A stretch of 64,000 nucleotides of DNA. Source: Acidobacteriota bacterium (GTDB lineage Bacteria > Acidobacteriota > UBA6911). This document shows positions 57,541-64,000 of the stretch, one piece after another (the first letter of the stretch is position 1; every line of letters starts with the position of its first letter). The position numbers and the translations under genes were made by a program. The notes beneath the pieces were generated by a model. The model was given only the letters and a program-made list of their open reading frames with translations, was not told the DNA's origin and made no database searches. The stretch lies in contig OY761556.1 of the NCBI GenBank assembly GCA_963664705.1, positions 4,800,001 through 4,864,000 of the forward strand, given 5' to 3'.

Positions 57541-59572
57541 CCCGCGCGATGAGCGCGGCTCCGAGAGCACCGATGATCTGGGGATTATCCGACATTTCCA
57601 GGCGCGCACCCAGGGCACGCTCGATGGCGCTGACCACGCCGGTATTTTTGGCAACGCCGCCGCTCATCGCAAACTTGCCCTGACGCCCCACTCTTTCCAG
57701 CAAAGCCGCCGTGCGTGCGGCAATGGCGTCGCACACGCCGCGCGCAATTTCCGTCACCGGCGTTCCTTCGGCGATGAGCGACACGACTTCGCTCTCCGCA
57801 AATACGGTACACATCGAGGATATGGAGGCCGATTTCCCGGCTGCAAGGGCATGGGGCCCCAGATCGTCGATGTCGATTTCGAGCGTGCGGGCCATCATCT
57901 CCAGAAAGCGACCGGTGCCAGCTGCGCATTTATCATTCATTGCGAAAGCCCTTACCTGGCCGTCATCCTCAATGGCAATCACTTTTGTATCCTGCCCGCC
58001 GATATCAATGATTGTATGAACGCCTCTGGCCAAATGTGCCACCCCGCGGGCATGGCAGGTGATTTCCGTGACCTGCTTGTCTGCAAAATCCACGACGCCA
58101 CGGCCATAGCCGGTGGCTACACATTGAGCAATCTTCCCGTCTAATCCCTGATCCGTGAAAATCAACTGACGCAGTTTTGCGACAGATTTGCGGCTGCTGG
58201 CCCCGGTCAGGATCACGGTGTCGAAAATGATTTCTCCCCGGCTGTTGATGATGACAGCCTTGGCGGAAAGCGATCCGATATCGATGCCCAGATAGAGGTG
58301 CTCATTATTCACCATCCCAGTATTCACCACCTTCTTTCCATCCATCAGCTCCACAAAACCCTGCAATCGCGTCAGCGTCTGGCCTTTTGAATAATTTCGA
58401 CTATCCACGCAATCGCCATCGAGATCCAAAAAGGGAATCTTCATCGCCTTGAGCGCGTCGGCAATCGGCCGTACGCCACCGCACCCCTGGCGGCATCCCA
58501 GGTGCGAATAATGCAGTACTCCATCCAGCTGATAATCCCGCACCATCTTCTCGACAATCCGAACGCGGTTACTCACCGGGCCGAGATTGGGATTTTGCAG
58601 CATTTTGCGCGCGAGGCTCCTCATGGGCTGGCTCGCATCGAGCGGATCCCAGAATACCTGGGAGAATTCCTCCGTTACCACACGGATACCCATTGTTGTC
58701 TCGATCATTGGAATGAAATTGTCGGGGAAATAGGGATAAGCAAGCAGCCATGCGATACGGAATTTCTCTTCATCCGGATTCTCAGTCTTCCCGCACTCCA
58801 CTTCCTTGAGCAAATCCCGATAGCATTCGGCGAAGGATGGAGTTCCCATCATGAGCACGGACTGAAATGCCAGCGAGAATGCGGTTCTGCCGTAAAGAAG
58901 GCAAGGCCTGCTGCGGCGGAGTTCCAGCAGTCGCAGCATCATATCGCGGGTCTGGTTGCTGCAGCCAAAAACTCTCTCCCAATCCCGCATCGCTGCGCGG
59001 CGGCCGGTCAGTTCAACCAGTTTGTCTTCCACCTCTTCCAGTTGGGCGGCAAGGTAATCCACCGAGGCAGGGCTGCAATCGCCGGGAGTGTCGAGCAGCC
59101 TGTAGGCAGCTCCTGTCCGCGCTGCCAGCTCCTCGAGAGCCTTGTTTTGACCATCACAGAGATGGGAGGTGGCAATGATCAGATCGAATTCGGGCAAAAC
59201 TCCTGAAAGCCCGGCCCCCAGAGTAGCCCGGTGAAAGGAGCAACCATCGCGGCTGAATCCCAGGCGCTCGGCATACTCCAGGGTCCGTCTGGCATACCCC
59301 GCCGCCGCAATGGTTGCCGCAAGGTTTTCCGTATACATCGGCGAAGTACCGTAGACATGAAGCAGTTCAGCGGGAACCAAAAAGCCCGAAAGGACATTTG
59401 CGGTGCCTCGATGCCGGTAAATATCCAACAGCATGCGTGCATTCAGAAGATTAATGCGCTGTCGAGCCGGCAGCGTCGCTCCCGATCCGGGGCGGTTCTT
59501 CAGGATGTATCTCGCCAAAAGGCCGCGAATGATCAGGCGCTGAAGCAGACCCTTCGCACGATCGAGGCTCAT
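57479..59572 (-). CDS. 2-hydroxyacyl-CoA dehydratase subunit fused to an ATP-dependent activase (HgdC/BcrAD-type)
   Basis: N-terminal DGCSFH, CDG, GC Fe-S cysteines; C-terminal GIDIGS, TEITCH, DIGGQD, NDKCAAGTG, CTVFAESE. Confidence 0.92.
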   Translation of the reverse strand: MSLDRAKGLLQRLIIRGLLARYILKNRPGSGATLPARQRINLLNARMLLDIYRHRGTANVLSGFLVPAELLHVYGTSPMYTENLAATIAAAGYARRTLEYAERLGFSRDGCSFHRATLGAGLSGVLPEFDLIIATSHLCDGQNKALEELAARTGAAYRLLDTPGDCSPASVDYLAAQLEEVEDKLVELTGRRAAMRDWERVFGCSNQTRDMMLRLLELRRSRPCLLYGRTAFSLAFQSVLMMGTPSFAECYRDLLKEVECGKTENPDEEKFRIAWLLAYPYFPDNFIPMIETTMGIRVVTEEFSQVFWDPLDASQPMRSLARKMLQNPNLGPVSNRVRIVEKMVRDYQLDGVLHYSHLGCRQGCGGVRPIADALKAMKIPFLDLDGDCVDSRNYSKGQTLTRLQGFVELMDGKKVVNTGMVNNEHLYLGIDIGSLSAKAVIINSRGEIIFDTVILTGASSRKSVAKLRQLIFTDQGLDGKIAQCVATGYGRGVVDFADKQVTEITCHARGVAHLARGVHTIIDIGGQDTKVIAIEDDGQVRAFAMNDKCAAGTGRFLEMMARTLEIDIDDLGPHALAAGKSASISSMCTVFAESEVVSLIAEGTPVTEIARGVCDAIAARTAALLERVGRQGKFAMSGGVAKNTGVVSAIERALGARLEMSDNPQIIGALGAALIARDTGSVRVSPAPEERSESSQE

Positions 59573-60675
59573 CTTCGGTTCCCCAGCAGTTCCGCAAACG
59601 CTTCGATACGCGTCCGCATTTGACCCAAAGTGCCGTCGAGACTGTCCCGCTCAATATGAAGGAAAGGAATCCCTCGATCCTGGGCCGTCTTTGCGAGACG
59701 GGGAAGATCCGATTGCACAAGATCGCAAAATTTGAGAGATAGAAAAATGATGCCTTTGACTTCGAATTCGCCGGCAAGATCGATGAGGTTGCCGGTTCGC
59801 GTCAGCGCTCCCTTCATTCGCGCGCATGCCCTGCGACGCAGATAGCGCCGGGCAATCCCTCGCAAAGGATCCAGGGTCGTGTCGACCAGGCCGTCAAAGT
59901 GCCGTTCCCCGGTGCACAGGTCATCACCTGCAACCCGAACGCCACAACTCTCAATCAACTCGTGCATCTCCCTCCCGATCACCGCACAACCGCAAAGGAG
60001 CACACCTGGCACTTTGGATTCATCCCGCTCGGCCGGCACGCGCGATGTCAGGAAGCGCCGGGCTTCCGTGTTGAATCGACGTTTGTCTGCTTGCATGTAG
60101 CAGCGGACAATGTCCGCAAAATCAGCGCTCGCCAGCGAAGCTCCCGGTAATCTGCGCAGCTCGGCGATTCTGCACATCAACCGGCGGGATTCATTCATGG
60201 TTTCGACTGCATCTCGAATGTCGTCCGGATGGATGGCATGCCCGGATTGCTCTTCCAGAATTCCGACAAATTCACGATAGCGAGCCTCCAGATAATCTTC
60301 GGCAATGGCATCCTGCCTCCGCGGACAATCAAGCCTGTAAAGGACAGGGATACTGGAATATCTCTCCCAGGCATCCGCCAATCGCCGCATGGCATCACAG
60401 GAATTGACAAAAACCATTCCTCTCAGATTATCTATCCCGCCCGCCAGTCCTACCTCCAGAGTCGCTCGTGTATAGGGACACAGATTGGCGGGAAGGTGTG
60501 CTTCATTCCCTGCCGTATTGGCTTCAATGCGATAGGGGGTATAGCCGGCAGCCAGGATGAATTCCTCGGGCGTATACGAGCAAAGCCATCCCACCAGGAG
60601 ATTCGCCGGATCGGGACGGCAATTCTCGAACTGGAAAGGCCTATTCATCCGCGAAGTCTCCATCCTGGGTCTCAT
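59569..60675 (-). CDS. 2-hydroxyacyl-CoA dehydratase family subunit
   Basis: CSYTPEE, NLCPY, NSCDAMRR, DDLCTG, KFCD, GQMRTRIEAF; ATGA overlap with the next gene. Confidence 0.92.
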   Translation of the reverse strand: MRPRMETSRMNRPFQFENCRPDPANLLVGWLCSYTPEEFILAAGYTPYRIEANTAGNEAHLPANLCPYTRATLEVGLAGGIDNLRGMVFVNSCDAMRRLADAWERYSSIPVLYRLDCPRRQDAIAEDYLEARYREFVGILEEQSGHAIHPDDIRDAVETMNESRRLMCRIAELRRLPGASLASADFADIVRCYMQADKRRFNTEARRFLTSRVPAERDESKVPGVLLCGCAVIGREMHELIESCGVRVAGDDLCTGERHFDGLVDTTLDPLRGIARRYLRRRACARMKGALTRTGNLIDLAGEFEVKGIIFLSLKFCDLVQSDLPRLAKTAQDRGIPFLHIERDSLDGTLGQMRTRIEAFAELLGNRR

Positions 60676-60696
60676 GGTAACAATTCACTTATGGAA

Positions 60697-60738
60697 GATT
60701 TCAGATTCCGGATTTCAGATTTCAGATTTCAGATTCCA
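60697..60738. repeat. 7-mer tandem repeat (GATTYCR)x6
   Basis: GATTTCA GATTCCG GATTTCA GATTTCA GATTTCA GATTCCA. Confidence 0.7.
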
Positions 60739-60783
60739 GCCCCAATCAGAAAGTAGCCGGAAAAGCGGCGCTCCCATTATCCA

Positions 60784-62067
60784 TCAATCCATCAGCGCCT
60801 GATAAACCATGGTGATGAATTCATTATAAAAAACCCGATCATCCGGAAATTTCTGCGTCAGGAATATTGCAACGATTCCTTTTTCAGGATCGATGATGAG
60901 ATGTGTAGAAGCGGCTCCGGACCAACCGAACTCCCCTTTGGAACCAAGATTGCCGCGACGAACCGGATCAACGAGCACGGAGACTCCAAGCCCATAGCCG
61001 GTCCCTGTGTTGAGGCTGGAATCCCCCATCCCCATCCACACTCCATCAGGAAGATGATTGGAACTCATCAGCCGGACAGTCCCCGGAGCCAGCAGGCGGG
61101 CACCATCAAGCTGACCGCCATTCGCCAGCATCTGTGCAAACCGCAGATAGTCCCGTGCACTGGAGGTGAGGCTCGAGCCTCCTCCGACTCCTTTATAGGA
61201 ACTGGTAGCCGGCTTGTCGGAAGCAGCGAGCTTCCCATCCTTGACGCCATAGCTTGTTGTCAGACGGGAAATATCCAGCGCAGGCACGCCCAATGTGCTG
61301 TCCTTCATATCGAGCAGCTTGAAGATGCGCGAACTCACGAACGCGTCGAACTTCATTCCGGAAAGCCTTTCGACCAGCGCTGCCTGCAAATCATGCGATA
61401 CGCTATACACCCAGCGCGTGCCCGGCTGATATAGCAATGGGATCTTCGCAAGTCTGGATACCATCTCCTGCAGGCTGCCCTGCGTCACCTTGGCATCCTG
61501 ATACATTTTGTCGACGGGTGTTTGACCAAACCCGTAGCCAAAACCCGCGGTATGCCGAAAAATATCGCGCACCGTGGGTTTGCGCTTTGGCGGTTCGACT
61601 TTCATCTGGTCCCCGCTGCCTGAAACATAAACCTGCAAATCCTTAAACTCAGGGAAGTATTTATCCAGCGGGTCGTCAAGCTGGAACTTGCCTTCTTCAA
61701 AGAGCATGAGAAGGGCTGTGCTGGTCACAGGTTTTGTCATGGAATACATGCGGAACAGGCTGTCGGTTTTCATAGGCGTGCCCGCCTCCAGATCCGCCTT
61801 TCCGTAGGCATCGAAATGAACAATCTTGCCGTGGCGTGCGATCAGCGTAATCACGCCTGCGGTACTGCCCTGATCGACATAGCCGTGCATCCTGGCGTTG
61901 AGCCGGACAAGGCGCTCGGCTGAAAAGCTCTCCTTCTCAGGCGCCACGCTTGATATCTCTGCGGCATTTACCGTCTGAAAGGCAAGAATGCCAACTAATC
62001 CGAGCGCAACGACAAGATGGAATCCGCTTGAAACAGCTTTGAAGAAATTACTCTTCCGGTCTCGCAT
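60784..62067 (-). CDS. Exported serine hydrolase (beta-lactamase/EstB class C-like)
   Basis: YSMTK, HTAG, PGTRWVYS, WSGAA; RBS GGAGG before ATG 62067. Confidence 0.9.
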   Translation of the reverse strand: MRDRKSNFFKAVSSGFHLVVALGLVGILAFQTVNAAEISSVAPEKESFSAERLVRLNARMHGYVDQGSTAGVITLIARHGKIVHFDAYGKADLEAGTPMKTDSLFRMYSMTKPVTSTALLMLFEEGKFQLDDPLDKYFPEFKDLQVYVSGSGDQMKVEPPKRKPTVRDIFRHTAGFGYGFGQTPVDKMYQDAKVTQGSLQEMVSRLAKIPLLYQPGTRWVYSVSHDLQAALVERLSGMKFDAFVSSRIFKLLDMKDSTLGVPALDISRLTTSYGVKDGKLAASDKPATSSYKGVGGGSSLTSSARDYLRFAQMLANGGQLDGARLLAPGTVRLMSSNHLPDGVWMGMGDSSLNTGTGYGLGVSVLVDPVRRGNLGSKGEFGWSGAASTHLIIDPEKGIVAIFLTQKFPDDRVFYNEFITMVYQALMD

Positions 62068-62296
62068 GACTTCCTCCAGGGGATGTGTCATTTGGATTGA
62101 TAATAGAGAAATTGAATTTTCTATCATAAGCCAGCCTCTGAACCGGTAAAAACGAATAACCGCATCTGTGCTGGATAGTTTGCCGGTGCCGCATTGCTTG
62201 ATCGAAGCGAAGGCTTTGGAGTATAAGATCTGGAAAATCATGCAATTCAAATCGACCGCAGTATTACGTAACCAGACGGAAGCAAGGAGGCGTTTG

Positions 62297-63895
62297 ATGA
62301 AGCATCCCATGATGCCGGCTCACTGTTACATTTTGTTGGCAAGTTTAGTGCTCCTCTCCATTCCCGCGTCAGCCCAGCAGCCTTGCGCCGGCCTGGCGTC
62401 CGTTAGAATTCCGAACGTCACCATTACGTCCGCCAAAGACATGAGCCCGGATTGGGAAATACCGGCCACCGGGGGAATGTTCGCAACGCCTCCCGGGCAG
62501 AAGGTCCCGGTGCCGTTCTGTCGTGTTGAAGCCTATTCTGCTCCAACGAGCGACTCCCACATCGGCTTTGAAGTATGGCTCCCCAGGACACCAGGCTGGA
62601 ACGGGAAGTTTCTCGCCGTAGGCAATCCAGGATTCATCGGAGGGATTGCACGCGGCGCAATGTCCGGTATCGTGCAAAAAGGATATGTCGCGGCATCGAC
62701 CGATACCGGGCATACCGATGACGGCTACGATTGGGCAAAGGGGCATCCGGAAAAACTCGTGGACTGGGGATACCGTGCCGTTCATGAAACGGCCGTGGCG
62801 ACGAAGCAACTGATCCAAAGTTATTACGGCAAACCGGTTCAATACTCCTATTGGAATAGCTGCCACAATGGCGGTAACCAGGGACTAAACGAGGCACAGC
62901 GATACCCTGCGGACTTCAACGGCATTGTCGCCGGAGATCCGGCTTATTACGTATCCCGTTTGCAAGCCGGCTCACTGTATATCGGATGGGTTTCGCTCAA
63001 GGACGGAGTGAAGGCGCCGGGATACATACCTCCCGGCAAGTATCCGGCACTTCACAAAGCAGCGATGGCTGCCTGCGACGCCAAAGATGGGCTTGCAGAC
63101 GGCATCATTGAGGATCCGCCGCGCTGCGGCTTCGATCCCAGGAGCATCCAATGTCCGGAAGGCACGGATACCCAGTCCTGCCTCACTGCCGCCCAGGTCG
63201 AAACAGCAAGGAAGATCTACACTGGAGCCAGGTTCAACGATGGTTCAGCGCTATATAGCGGCTATGAACCGGGAAGCGAATTGGGTTGGGCGATGATGGC
63301 CGCCGGCCCCGACCCACTCAGCATTAATGCCAGTTATTTTTCGAGTATGGTTTTTGAGAATCCGAAATGGGATTTTCGCACATTCGATGTCGACCGGGAT
63401 ACGCGCCTGGCCGAAACCCGCACCGGCAAAGCCATCGATGCTTTCAACCCGGACCTAAAACCGTTCAGGAAAAATGGCGGGAAATTGATTATCTATCAAT
63501 CATGGAATGAGACCGTGGTACCGCCGCGGACGATTACGGACTATTACCGAAGCGTGGAAAAAGCCATGGGCGGCCCGGTACAAGCACAGGATTTCGCCCG
63601 GCTCTTCATGGCTCCAGGTCACAGTGGATGCCCGGGGTTCAGTAACGCTGAGGATTTCAATACTCTGAAAGCACTCGAACAGTGGGTTGAGAATGGCGTC
63701 GCTCCCGAGAAGATTGTTCTGACCCACAGAGAACAGGCGAAATTTGGGGAACAGGGCAAGGCGCTGCGCACTCGTCCGGTTTGTGCCTACCCCAAGGTGG
63801 CCAAATATAACGGCCAGGGCGATCCGGATAGCGCTGCCAGTTTTAGCTGTATTGCGCCAGGTAAAGAGGTAGTCTTCCCACCATCTTTGCCCTAA
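62297..63895 (+). CDS. Exported tannase/feruloyl-esterase-fold protein with a non-canonical active site
   Basis: IGFEVWLP, WNGKFL.VGN.GF, STDTGH, AQRYP.DF.GI.AG, RTRP.C.YP; RBS AGGAGG. Confidence 0.9.
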   Translation: MKHPMMPAHCYILLASLVLLSIPASAQQPCAGLASVRIPNVTITSAKDMSPDWEIPATGGMFATPPGQKVPVPFCRVEAYSAPTSDSHIGFEVWLPRTPGWNGKFLAVGNPGFIGGIARGAMSGIVQKGYVAASTDTGHTDDGYDWAKGHPEKLVDWGYRAVHETAVATKQLIQSYYGKPVQYSYWNSCHNGGNQGLNEAQRYPADFNGIVAGDPAYYVSRLQAGSLYIGWVSLKDGVKAPGYIPPGKYPALHKAAMAACDAKDGLADGIIEDPPRCGFDPRSIQCPEGTDTQSCLTAAQVETARKIYTGARFNDGSALYSGYEPGSELGWAMMAAGPDPLSINASYFSSMVFENPKWDFRTFDVDRDTRLAETRTGKAIDAFNPDLKPFRKNGGKLIIYQSWNETVVPPRTITDYYRSVEKAMGGPVQAQDFARLFMAPGHSGCPGFSNAEDFNTLKALEQWVENGVAPEKIVLTHREQAKFGEQGKALRTRPVCAYPKVAKYNGQGDPDSAASFSCIAPGKEVVFPPSLP

Positions 63896-64000
63896 AATCT
63901 CCATCCTGAAGCTTTGAGGAAAACCGGCACAATGACAGGGAGGTCCCGATGACTGTAATGCACAGCCTCTACCGCGAACCGAGTATCATCAGAATCGATG

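Noticed and set aside
60784-62067. Antibiotic-resistance beta-lactamase
   Set aside because: Motifs (SMTK, HTAG, WSG) fit the broad esterase/serine-hydrolase branch; resistance cannot be inferred

Overview
This is a GC-rich bacterial chromosomal window, probably from an anaerobic Acidobacteriota-like organism (an inference from gene style and repeats). It has about 40 CDS and no rRNA, tRNA, CRISPR array or transposase that I can support. The highlight is a translationally coupled four-gene minus-strand operon (about 14.5-21.1 kb) behind a consensus sigma-54 promoter. It encodes a membrane-anchored TPR protein, a 1083-aa cytochrome c with 43 CxxCH motifs built from 12 tandem tri-heme modules, a predicted outer-membrane beta-barrel, and an exported hypothetical protein, so it is a candidate giant porin-cytochrome electron conduit. 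Next to it, a sensor kinase and sigma-54 activator are flanked by two exported DUF2202 ferritin-like proteins, and these genes share a TGCA-N5-TGCA motif with the cytochrome operon. The window also holds a tungsten AOR/MoaD/MoeB/radical-SAM cluster, many signalling proteins (including a His-less Cys-rich kinase), duplicated sulfatases with a shared operator opposite an octaheme-HEAT-TPR gene, a nonaheme cytochrome, an RpoD paralogue, an orphan ParA, a dehydratase-activase fusion, and a tannase-fold protein with a remodelled catalytic triad. Intergenic regions carry composite GTAG-type REP/REPIN-like elements.
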